Shown: piece by piece, positions 22,522 through 32,168 of the stretch
Position numbering within the stretch: the stretch's first letter is position 1
Layout of the letters: every line of letters begins with the position of its first letter
Source of the DNA: Salisapilia sapeloensis CBS 127946
Lineage: Eukaryota > Protista > Oomycota
Assembly: GCA_023334545.1 (NCBI GenBank)
Contig: JAADVB010000027.1
Coordinates: 1-64,000, forward strand
Length of the DNA stretch: 64,000 nt
Reading direction: 5' to 3'
Notes under the pieces: generated by a model
Seen by the model: only the letters and a program-made list of their open reading frames with translations
The model's database searches: none
What the model was told of the DNA's origin: nothing
Position numbers and translations under genes: made by a program

Positions 22522-25128
22522 TTATAACGATAGAAGAGCAATAATAGCCTCTGCAGAGTCTATCTTGGCACTGTATCCTTCAGGTTGTCTTGCCAGAGCT
22601 ACATGTCTAGTCTTCTGGAGACTCAGGAACCTAGAAGCGCAGCGGTCGGCGTTCTCTTTATCATCAAGCTGAGTAACGTAAACCATCGACTCGAGATACG
22701 CCACTTGCATTTGGCTCTCAATATCCCCCGAGAGAAATAAGAGTTTGTCGCTTTGATGAAGCCACTGAAGTATCTGCTGCGATCGTCTAGCAGAACTGAC
22801 GGAAGTAGCCATAGCCGCTTTAGCCAGTGTCAACAAAGCCTCTCCACGCAAGTGGACGTCTCCATGCTCTTCTAGTGTGGACATTAATATCTCTAAAAGG
22901 GTCCATGCGCTTTCAGCTTTCCCACTAGCGATCAAGATCTGACTGAGCGCCACATTGGCTTCGCACCAGAGCAAATCGTAGTGATTCTTCCGAGACATTG
23001 CAATAGCATCGAATGCAGCCTCCATTGCTGCGGCTGGATTTTCTGGACTAGATGCTAGACGCACTTGGGCGGTAGCAATGAGTGCCTGCGCTTCCAAGTA
23101 GCTAAAAGACAGCTCCTCAGATGCGAGTGTGAGGTGTCGAAGCCACTGGAGCGCATTTTCATACTCTTCCGCTTTGCTGTATAGGAGAGCCTGGGCCAAG
23201 ACAGCATCGAGGTAGGCTGGAAGGTCTTCCTCTTTCCGACACAGTTTCCACAGCTCCTGCATATGTAACGACGCTTGTGTGATCTCTCCACGATGCATAC
23301 ACCATCGCACTAGCAGCAACTGAGCTGCTCGTTGGATTGATTCTTCCTCCAGAACCGACTCAGGGACGCTTTCGGCCAAGAAGAAAAGTGCCTGGGAGTA
23401 CACATTTTCATCCTGCTCTGCTTTTGACGATTTCCACAGTCTACTTAATGCCATACGAGTGACGGTAAGCGCGATCTCGGCGGAGCTAGCCGAGTCATGA
23501 TGGCAAAGGGAGTGAAGCTCATTGTACGCATCTGTCAGCGTCCTGTGGCCCACGACGCTCCATCCTGCGGACGAAGTCAAGCACACTCCGCCGCTTAATC
23601 TCCATACTCTCTCCAGCACAGAGGATGCAGGAGACGGCCACTGCACCCCACCACCCACTTTTGTCTGCAAAGTCGACGTGTCTGTTTGTCGAGAAGCGTC
23701 CTGGGCTCTCGTCTGCCTCGAGTGCATTCCGATCGCAGGTCCGGAAGAGGAAGAGCTTTGTTCTGGTACTGACATGGAGCCAACTAGCGTCACGCACTCA
23801 CGTATTTTCTGCCACATATGGAGGGGCCGGACTGCTGACGACCGCCACGAGGCGGCAGCAGCGATGCCTCTCCTACTTTCCCTCGTCGATGTCGAAAAAG
23901 AGTTGGGACTGGAACCCAACAAGAGTTCGTTTTCTGCCTGAGCCAGCGATGTGATGACCTGAAGCACAGGAAGTTTGAGTTCCTTGGCGTACTCGAGTGT
24001 GCTCTGCATCATCGACATGACTTTGTCAGGCGGAGATCCATGACGCTGGTGTAGTCGGAGCTGCCACGAGAGCGCAAAGGCGATGCAGACATGATCACCC
24101 TCGCTTTGGCCGATGCGCATGGCCTCATCCAGGGCATCGTTTGCTCTATCGAAATGGTTAAAGAGCAGCTCCAATCCAGCAGAGTTCAGCGCTGCGTACT
24201 GTGGTCCGCAGCCAGCAAGAGCTGTTGGAGGGTTTGCAGAGCGCACAGTAGACGAATCACCCGGTCCAGCGTTCCAGGATTGAGCGTCCATGCCTTGGTT
24301 TATATTCACGACGCTTGTGTCTGCCGTGCCGCCCCCGATGGTGGAACTCCGTGACGTGCTTGAGCCTCGTCTGCCAACAGGATTCGTCAGCACGAGATCG
24401 TGGTACCGATGTAAACTGGTCACTGCATTGTCGTAGTCTCGTCTTTCGACTGCGCGAAGGTACTGGGAGAAGACGTGACTCGGTGTCTGTGCAGTACGCT
24501 CTTGCAGAGGCGACTCACCGCTGCTTTCCTCAGCAATGTCCTTTGTTTCATTCAACTTATCGAGCATGAGCACTACTTCTTCGCTGGTCCAGTCTGCTGT
24601 TTGCCGTCCAGACGGATGAGCTCTGTGTGTCGGTGCCTCTTGAAAGGTAGCTCTAGCGTCGGTGAATGTACCAATAAACGTACGAATGTCATCCAAAAGG
24701 TCCGCGACTCCCTCAAAGAAGCGGGCGTGAACGTTCGTGAGGAAGGTTCGAATGAAAAGTCCTAGTTCTGTGGCCCGACCTACTGCGCTTTGATGCGACT
24801 CGCCATTTCCTGTGACGAGCTGCTCGATCCAGTCCAGTACTTCTTCCACGTCCTCTGGCGTTTCAATCTTATGAAAACAGTCAAGGACGAAGGAGCCTAG
24901 ATAACCCACAGCAGACCGATTTCCAATGGACTGTTGGAGCTGCAATAACAGCTCTGTTGGCGTCGACGAGCCTTCCGACTGGGTCTGCATACGAAGGAAG
25001 CCAAGTAAAGACAGCACTACGGAAGGAGGCAGCTGGACAGCCAGGTCTCTTTCTGCTGGTGCATCTTGGGAATGGTGCTGCCGTGTGTACTCTCCGATGA
25101 GCAAGCTCACAGCGAGTCTCGTGGCCAT
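22522..25128 (-). CDS. APC5: Anaphase-promoting complex subunit 5
   Basis: N-terminal ELGLFIRTFL...FEGVADL, then YLRAVERRDYDNAVTSLHRYHD and QYAALNSAGLELLFNHFDRANDALDEAMRIGQSEGDHVCIAFALSW (APC5 domain), then TPR helices. Confidence 0.88.
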   Translation of the reverse strand: MATRLAVSLLIGEYTRQHHSQDAPAERDLAVQLPPSVVLSLLGFLRMQTQSEGSSTPTELLLQLQQSIGNRSAVGYLGSFVLDCFHKIETPEDVEEVLDWIEQLVTGNGESHQSAVGRATELGLFIRTFLTNVHARFFEGVADLLDDIRTFIGTFTDARATFQEAPTHRAHPSGRQTADWTSEEVVLMLDKLNETKDIAEESSGESPLQERTAQTPSHVFSQYLRAVERRDYDNAVTSLHRYHDLVLTNPVGRRGSSTSRSSTIGGGTADTSVVNINQGMDAQSWNAGPGDSSTVRSANPPTALAGCGPQYAALNSAGLELLFNHFDRANDALDEAMRIGQSEGDHVCIAFALSWQLRLHQRHGSPPDKVMSMMQSTLEYAKELKLPVLQVITSLAQAENELLLGSSPNSFSTSTRESRRGIAAAASWRSSAVRPLHMWQKIRECVTLVGSMSVPEQSSSSSGPAIGMHSRQTRAQDASRQTDTSTLQTKVGGGVQWPSPASSVLERVWRLSGGVCLTSSAGWSVVGHRTLTDAYNELHSLCHHDSASSAEIALTVTRMALSRLWKSSKAEQDENVYSQALFFLAESVPESVLEEESIQRAAQLLLVRWCMHRGEITQASLHMQELWKLCRKEEDLPAYLDAVLAQALLYSKAEEYENALQWLRHLTLASEELSFSYLEAQALIATAQVRLASSPENPAAAMEAAFDAIAMSRKNHYDLLWCEANVALSQILIASGKAESAWTLLEILMSTLEEHGDVHLRGEALLTLAKAAMATSVSSARRSQQILQWLHQSDKLLFLSGDIESQMQVAYLESMVYVTQLDDKENADRCASRFLSLQKTRHVALARQPEGYSAKIDSAEAIIALLSL

Positions 25129-25786
25129 CTCGTGGGCTTTTCGCTGATGGTATCTAGCGGTTCGGAATTATATACGCAACTGTTAGATAGATTTTTCTGG
25201 GCCACTATCCATACCATGTGGTGAAAATGGGTTCACTTATTTGGTATTGTCATATCCGTTTCAATTTACCGACTGCCGGTTATTCGAAGGTTTGCGCATA
25301 CTGACCGAGAAGCGCAGTACTCGCAAAAGACTGCAAAGGCAGTTGACTAGCATTTGAAAGCTATTGTACCATGTACGACAAGTAATCTATTCGAGCTGTA
25401 GAATGGATGACAATATAATTTGTGTCAACATAACGCTGTCCAAGATAGACACAGTAAGAAGCGGAGTGCTTGCACAGGAAGAAGTAGAGATATGCAAGCC
25501 TACACTGTCATTTATTGCGATTTATTCGATGAGCGTCGCAGTCAACGCATGATGGGCATTTTAGTCTATTGATGCTTACATTTGGAAAGTCAACCACGCA
25601 TCGCGGCATACGAGAGACAGATGTAGCATGAAGCTCTTCATTACCAAGAGAAACTTTGTAGACATTTATGAGTCCGACCATCCTCGCTTGGTGTAAAACG
25701 CAGATGGTTGTATCTGCAGAAAGCTAGCATAAACGAAGAAGATTACCATTAGTCAATTCACAGACTTTGGCTCTAGACTTTCAACT

Positions 25787-27343
25787 ATGACTTGCAGAGA
25801 GATGGAAGGCACTGGCGTGTCACCAAGGCAGCCATTTGCGTCCTGTAGTACTCCAGAAGTACTAGAAAACAACTCATTTACGATATCGCACGTAGACCAA
25901 GATAAGCATCTGAAGACTGAAGAGCCAAAGCCCAAATGGATCATGTATTCAAGCGCTGGATTGGCAACCCTCTTCGGGTCCCATTATGGCTGGTGCATTT
26001 CCCAGCTCAACCTCTCGACTTTCCATGACTCGGATGACTGTAAAGCTCGTCCAGTACCGGAAGGCAAGTGTCTTATGTTCCCAGGACACTCGGACCTGGA
26101 GTGGACATTTGTTATTAACCTTTGGCTCTTTGGCGGTATGGTCGGTGCCCTCAGCGTCGGCCATTTCGCTTCCAAATACGGTCCAAAGCGGGTGCTTCGC
26201 TTCAACGCATTTGTGATCATCGCTTCGGCAGTACTTCAAGCCAGCTCCTTTCACGTTTGGCAGTTCGCGATCGGCCGGTTTATTGCTGGACTAGCGACTG
26301 GAATTACCTCTGGGGTGGTGCCTGGATATTTGTCTGAGATCTCTCCTCCCAGCATGCGAAGCTCACTTGGTGTTTCGTTTCAAGCTGCGACTGTTCTTTC
26401 GATCTTGCTGGTTATCCTGACATTCTACTTTGCCAACACAAGCTCTGGATGGAGGTACATCGGTGGCTTTCCTAGCGTTCTGGCGCTCACGTTTCTGCTC
26501 TTCTCTCCTCGAACCATGGTTGAAAGTCCAGTTTGGCTGGTAGTAAAGGGAAGACGAAGCGAAGCAGAAGGCGTTCTGGTACGAATGTATGGCAAGGAAA
26601 ATGTGCATCTTGCCATGCAAGGGATTGAGTCCACTCGAACTGACGACGGCAACCTGAATAGCATCTACAGCGACCTGTCGGAAGACCTCGTGAAGCCACT
26701 AAGAAGGGGAGAGACACCATCCTTGCTGTCACCAGAGTTACGTCTGCAGATGATCGCTGGTCTGGCTCTCGTCGTCGGCAGGCAGATGACGGGTATCAAT
26801 ACAATTTTTTACTACTCTAGTGGCATGTTCCGGGATGCTGGTGTTCAAGATGATCGCGTCGGAAACACAATTATCGACATTGTAAACGTTTTACCTATGC
26901 TGGTGGCCATCAAATGTGTGAGCAGATTTGGAGCTAGAAAGATGCTCATCAGCGGCACTTGCACGATGTTGGTCAGCGCCATCGGGATGACTGTAGCGCT
27001 CTTAACCGAAGTCTCCGCACTGTCGATCGTCTTTTCCGGTATCTACGTCTTCGCTTTTCAAATGAGCCAAGGACCCTTCGTCTGGACAGTTTGCGCAGCG
27101 GTGTTTCCAGACTCGGTCCGAGCGACTGCTATGTCTCTCTGTGTCGGATTCCACTTTTTCTCCAACCTCGCTGTTGGCGTCTTCTACCCATACCTCTCGG
27201 CTGAAATCGACGCATACCGCTACATCCCGTTCTGTGGCTGCATGATAGCCCTTGTCTTCTACTTAGTCATCTATCTTCCCGAAACGACTGGCAGAACGAC
27301 GGATGAAATTCAGCAAGATTTCCTAGCTCGTCGCAAAAAATAG
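25787..27343 (+). CDS. MFS sugar porter-like protein, divergent paralog 4
   Basis: SEISPPSMR, RQMTGINTIFYYS, GPFVW, PETTGRT; intronless. Confidence 0.93.
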   Translation: MTCREMEGTGVSPRQPFASCSTPEVLENNSFTISHVDQDKHLKTEEPKPKWIMYSSAGLATLFGSHYGWCISQLNLSTFHDSDDCKARPVPEGKCLMFPGHSDLEWTFVINLWLFGGMVGALSVGHFASKYGPKRVLRFNAFVIIASAVLQASSFHVWQFAIGRFIAGLATGITSGVVPGYLSEISPPSMRSSLGVSFQAATVLSILLVILTFYFANTSSGWRYIGGFPSVLALTFLLFSPRTMVESPVWLVVKGRRSEAEGVLVRMYGKENVHLAMQGIESTRTDDGNLNSIYSDLSEDLVKPLRRGETPSLLSPELRLQMIAGLALVVGRQMTGINTIFYYSSGMFRDAGVQDDRVGNTIIDIVNVLPMLVAIKCVSRFGARKMLISGTCTMLVSAIGMTVALLTEVSALSIVFSGIYVFAFQMSQGPFVWTVCAAVFPDSVRATAMSLCVGFHFFSNLAVGVFYPYLSAEIDAYRYIPFCGCMIALVFYLVIYLPETTGRTTDEIQQDFLARRKK

Positions 27344-28379
27344 ACTTGGCTTTTGCTCGTAGGTTCCTTCTTGGCATGTTTGCTGTGGGTAAGAGAATGT
27401 GTTCGTACTAGTTTTGACTGGGCATACGTAGCATGCTTCCGCTCGTACCTACTCAATTTAGCGCTGCATGTACAGCTTCTAGCGAGCCACACCAAGGACC
27501 TAGTGAAAGATCTCAATCGAATTTGGATTGCGCTGCACTTGGGTGCAATCTAGCATGTCGCTTGCATACTCTTGTCGCAAATACTGCGCCGTAGCAGCTG
27601 AACACTACCATGAACGCACCAAAATTGTACTCGAAATGTCCAACCAGCAAGCAAAATTCACTCGAAAATGACAAATACCATCATTTAGAAGACCACAAGA
27701 TGACCACGAGACACGCTGGGAGCCTGCCCATCGCAGAGCACACTCGGCACCAGCAGAAAGGGAGTTGGCCGTTCGATTGTCGCTAGCTCTAGGCCTGCCT
27801 TTACTTTTAACTCCCTCGTCAGCAGAATCAACCGGAAGGCTCGCCGCCGTCGACAACGCTGCTATCGCGATGTTAGCAGTCCGTTAGGACTGTGAGCCAG
27901 GGCTAAATAGGCTTCTTCCTCATCTCATTTTACAAAAAAACTCCAGATGACGAGAGATTTATCGCACGCAAGACGAGTCGACGACTTCAGCGTCGCAACG
28001 AAATATGCCGATACAAACTGAAGCAAATCGCTATGACAGTTGCACCGTCATCACTCTTCTTAATCTGCTTTATTGCTCAGCCTCTAAGCAGGTCTATCGT
28101 AAAGCATATTAATCGTGTTTTATTGCTGGGGTGTTCGGAAGAGGACAGAGAATGACATTTTGTTGTCACCAATTTTAATCTACGTGGTGCCGACTTTAAC
28201 ACCATTGGTCGTTTCGTGGGATACGAGAGTAACGGATCACTAGCGTATCACACAACCTTTCCTGGTCTCGAATGGCTGTGAAGCGACGGAAGCTTCTCGT
28301 GGATGGAGTCAGCAACAGTGATGTTTACGAGGGTGATCAAATCGTCTGTGAATGCCAGCAGAGTAAATTTTGAACAACT

Positions 28380-28395
28380 TCACTTTGCCTTTTGC
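28380..28395 (+). promoter_or_regulatory. Oomycete Initiator+FPR core promoter of sugar transporter 5
   Basis: TCACTTTGCCTTTTGC, 32 nt upstream of the ATG at 28412. Confidence 0.55.
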
Positions 28396-28411
28396 ACTCG
28401 ACATCGAAGCA

Positions 28412-30001
28412 ATGGCACCAAACGCCTCCGATCGGATTCCATCACCACATAATGGTGCAGACTACGTAACGTATGAGACTTCTGCTACAGGCTCTTCGCC
28501 AAAACATCATGCGGATCTTTTGACTCCGGCAGAAGAGGAAGTCACGCCTCGATGGACCATGTACTCCAGTGCCTTCATGGCTGTATTATTTGGTTGCCAA
28601 TACGGCTGGAGCATCGGCCAGCTCAATCTTTCCACATTCAACGACGCGGACGAATGTAGTATGCGACCAGTACCTGAAGGTCAATGTCTCATGTTCCCTG
28701 GGCATTCCAAGCTAGAGTGGACTTTTGTCGTCAACGCGTGGCTTCTCGGTGGCATGGTCGGTGCACTCACCATTGGACACTTTGCGTTCAAGTACGGCCC
28801 AAAGACAGTGTTGCGAGCCAACGCTTTCGTGATGATCGCATCAGCTGTGCTGCAGGCTAGCTCCTTTAACGTTTGGCAATTCGTTGTCGGGCGATTCGTA
28901 GCTGGATTGGCGACTGGAGCCACTACCGGTGTTGTGCCTGGTTATCTGAGTGAAATCGCCCCACCGCGTATTCGAAGTGCTGTTGGTGTTGCGTTCCAAA
29001 TTTCGCTTGTTGCCTGCATGCTTCTTGTGGTCATCACATTCTTCTTCGCCAACACAAGCAGCGGATGGAGGTATATTGGCGCCTTCCCAGCTGTACTAGC
29101 TATTATCTTCCTCGCCTTCTCTCCATTTTTCATGGTCGACAGTCCCGTGTGGCTGCTTGTGAAGGGACGAAGGGATGAAGCCGAGCGTGAACTCGCTACT
29201 CTATACGGCAAAGAGCACGTTGCTACAGCTTTGGGCTGGATCGAATCTACGCGGACTGTCGACGGACAAATTAGCAGCGCCTACAGCGATTTATCCGAAG
29301 AACTTGTCAGACCCGTTCAAGAAGGAAATACGCCATCTCTGTTTGCCCCCGAAATGCGTCTACAGCTCATCGCAGGACTCGGGCTAGTCATCGGAAGACA
29401 GCTTACTGGATTAAATGCTATCTACTACTACTCCTCGAACCTCTTCCAAGACGCTGGTATCGAGGACGGTCGAATTGGTACGGTCATTATCAATTCGATC
29501 AATGTTATCCCGGTCTTGTTCGCTGGCTCCATGGCGACGAGATTTGGTGCCACAACATTGCTTCTTTACGGCACATGGGCGATGTTTATCAGCTTTATCG
29601 GCATCACCGTTGCTTTTGCCGTCGACATATCCGCGCTGTCGATCGTCTTCTGTGGAACATTTGTGTTTGCGGCTCAGCTCAGTCATGGTCCTTTTGTATG
29701 GACGGTGTCTGCAGCGGTCTTCCCTGACAACGTCCGTGCAACAGCCATGGCTGTATGCATCGGTGCCCATTTCCTGGCCAACCTGATCGTTGGTGTCGGA
29801 TACCCGTACCTCTCGTCGGCCATCGGTGACTACCGGATGGTTCCATTCGTCGTGTGTATGGTATTCATGATCTGGTTCTTAATGGTCTTGGTGCCCGAGA
29901 CGACCGGGAAGACGACCGATGAAATTCAGGATTATTTTGCGGACAAGAGGAAGGCAAAGCGAGTTCCTCGCTCTAGTCACGATGTCGGACACAACGTGTA
30001 G
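28412..30001 (+). CDS. MFS sugar porter-like protein, divergent paralog 5
   Basis: SEIAPPRIR, RQLTGLNAIYYYS, GPFVW, PETTGKT; first ATG at 28412; closest to paralog 4. Confidence 0.93.
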   Translation: MAPNASDRIPSPHNGADYVTYETSATGSSPKHHADLLTPAEEEVTPRWTMYSSAFMAVLFGCQYGWSIGQLNLSTFNDADECSMRPVPEGQCLMFPGHSKLEWTFVVNAWLLGGMVGALTIGHFAFKYGPKTVLRANAFVMIASAVLQASSFNVWQFVVGRFVAGLATGATTGVVPGYLSEIAPPRIRSAVGVAFQISLVACMLLVVITFFFANTSSGWRYIGAFPAVLAIIFLAFSPFFMVDSPVWLLVKGRRDEAERELATLYGKEHVATALGWIESTRTVDGQISSAYSDLSEELVRPVQEGNTPSLFAPEMRLQLIAGLGLVIGRQLTGLNAIYYYSSNLFQDAGIEDGRIGTVIINSINVIPVLFAGSMATRFGATTLLLYGTWAMFISFIGITVAFAVDISALSIVFCGTFVFAAQLSHGPFVWTVSAAVFPDNVRATAMAVCIGAHFLANLIVGVGYPYLSSAIGDYRMVPFVVCMVFMIWFLMVLVPETTGKTTDEIQDYFADKRKAKRVPRSSHDVGHNV

Positions 30002-30458
30002 GTTAGTGTAGAAGTGAATTTACATACATCCGTAGGATAAAGTAATGTAAATTTATACGCATGAGTATCATAACTTCGAAATGGTCGTGTCTAGCGAGCT
30101 GTATGAAGAAAGGTATCCATAAGCGAGAATAAAAAGGCGGCACCAATTTCCATGTTTATTAGTGCAGCTTTTGTGTTTAAGGTTTAGATTGAAGTCTAAT
30201 TGAAGCAAAAAGACCACCTGAAGGCGTGACCAGTTTTGGTGGGAATGAGATTTTCCCATTACAGTGAGCGCTTGGGAGTGGATGGAAAGGCAGCATTAGT
30301 TTAAAGCAGCTAAAAGGGATATATTCGTCTTTAAGAAATCTCGGTTATACACACTCGGACGTCTACTTGGTCAATCAACTATATCATCACTTCATCCTCT
30401 TTCTATAGATGTGGATAAACCTCGCCGATTGACCTCAAACGTTAAAAACATAAAAGTT

Positions 30459-30531
30459 TGGACACTGGGGGTATCGATCCCCCTACCTCCCGCATGCGAA
30501 GCGGGCGCTCTACCATTTGAGCTAAGCGCCC
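30459..30531 (-). tRNA. tRNA-Ala-CGC: tRNA-Ala (CGC)
   Basis: 73-nt cloverleaf GGGCGCTTAGCTCAAATGGTAGAGCGCCCGCTTCGCATGCGGGAGGTAGGGGGATCGATACCCCCAGTGTCCA. G3:U70 Ala identity pair; anticodon stem CCCGC/GCGGG; downstream T-tracts (Pol III terminator). Confidence 0.96.
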
Positions 30532-32168
30532 TGGATGTCAGATTAGCATCTTTAAAATATATATTAGCTTTATCTACATGTAGATGCAATAAAACGTGGA
30601 AATATTTATTGTTGACAAGAATTGGCAGACCATCGTGCGTGCCCATATCGGGAATACAAATTGTTGTTTATGCCTATTCTATTCTGCTATCTGTCCATAT
30701 TCTGGTCCAGCAGAGATACGCGCTCTTTTTTGTCAGCTACGATCAGTGGTCATTATGTATCTGGTTCAGAATTGAGGAGAATATTTGCTCTCCGCATCGA
30801 ATCGTTTCTAGAAATAACACTAATGATTATCCTCCATCTGCCTTCTGAAGTAGATGAGTACTAACGGTCACCACGAAGCAGATTCCAACACTTAGACGTT
30901 TAGCTAATCAAAGTTTACGTGAAACAAATAATAGGAAGCTTCTCCAGAGCTTGCCAATGCCAGACAGCTTGCACTGATATCCAGTTGAATATGCTCCGCC
31001 GTTAGGATCCAGCTTGCGCTTCATAGCGGTAGGATGTATCCATGCAGCTATTTATTGCTCTACTCTTGCATCTCACGACAAGCCTTTTATGGTTCGTAGA
31101 TGTAGAGTCAATAACAATAGCTCAAAAAGTCAAATCTCAATTCGTCCAAGGTATTGAAGATCTGGGCTACTACCATAATATTTCTTTCGGTATTATGCAT
31201 TTATTGCTGGTATGTGCGATTCTGAGGGTATGCTAGCCGGCATAACTATCAATTTTCCGTTCGTCCGAAGTGTAGAAGATTGATCGGATGGTACGCTTGA
31301 AAGTTTTCGAATATAATAGTGTCTCGCAGTAGCGAGCTTACGCTTATCATCATGGATAAATTTAAGTTACGTGGTTGTTTTTGATAACGCGGGATCTACT
31401 ACACCTTGGTAAGGCTGTGTACTTTGTTTTCCAACCTGTAAATTGTGTCTAAGCGTGATTCGAATCTTGGACGGAAAAGTGTGCAAGATAACACTACACA
31501 ACCGACTATTCATGGTCACTTTTAGTTTGTCTCCGATGCATAAGATAGTGAAAAGATAAATAATGGTAGACAAAGGCAAGACTGGGCCTCACGCACAGCT
31601 ATCTTCGATTTTCTAGTCTTGTATGGTAACCTTGTCCTACGTCTATATTTTATTAACACCAATCTACAGAAGTAAATTCATCCCTGCCTACTCCCTCATA
31701 ATATTGCTGTACGCTCGAATGTAGTGGACATATTCCTTGTACTCTGACATGGATGAAAGACATCTTCGACCGTCACGTATCTTTACCGTACCGATTTGGT
31801 ATCAATCCATGGAACTTCAACATAGAGTTAACCCAAAGACAATGTTCGTACACCCGGTAAAATTCACTAACAAGAGCTTTGGAGATTGCATGCACCACAT
31901 TTTTCAACTCTGAAGCTTGCTCGCAGCGGTGACCGAAATTGTAGCCGACCTGCCGTAGAGACGTTGCACGAGTGTAACGCTCACTTCAACATGATAATTG
32001 GAGCCACCTTCGTCAAACCTATCTTGGGGACACTATTGCACGTGGCGAGTTCACGGGAAGTGAAGAGCGAAGTCTAATCCGCTGTTGCGAACATCCTCGT
32101 AGAGATTACAAGATAGTGCCGTCGAGAGAAGAGCCACTTTGTCAATCTCGAGCCAGAACGGATCCAAG

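Noticed and set aside
22469-25207. GCCACTAT on both sides of APC5 as a target-site duplication
   Set aside because: Only 8 bp, at unequal distances, with no mobile-element hallmarks.
30411-30848. 145-aa ORF across the tRNA
   Set aside because: Reads through the antisense of tRNA-Ala and AT-rich intergenic DNA.
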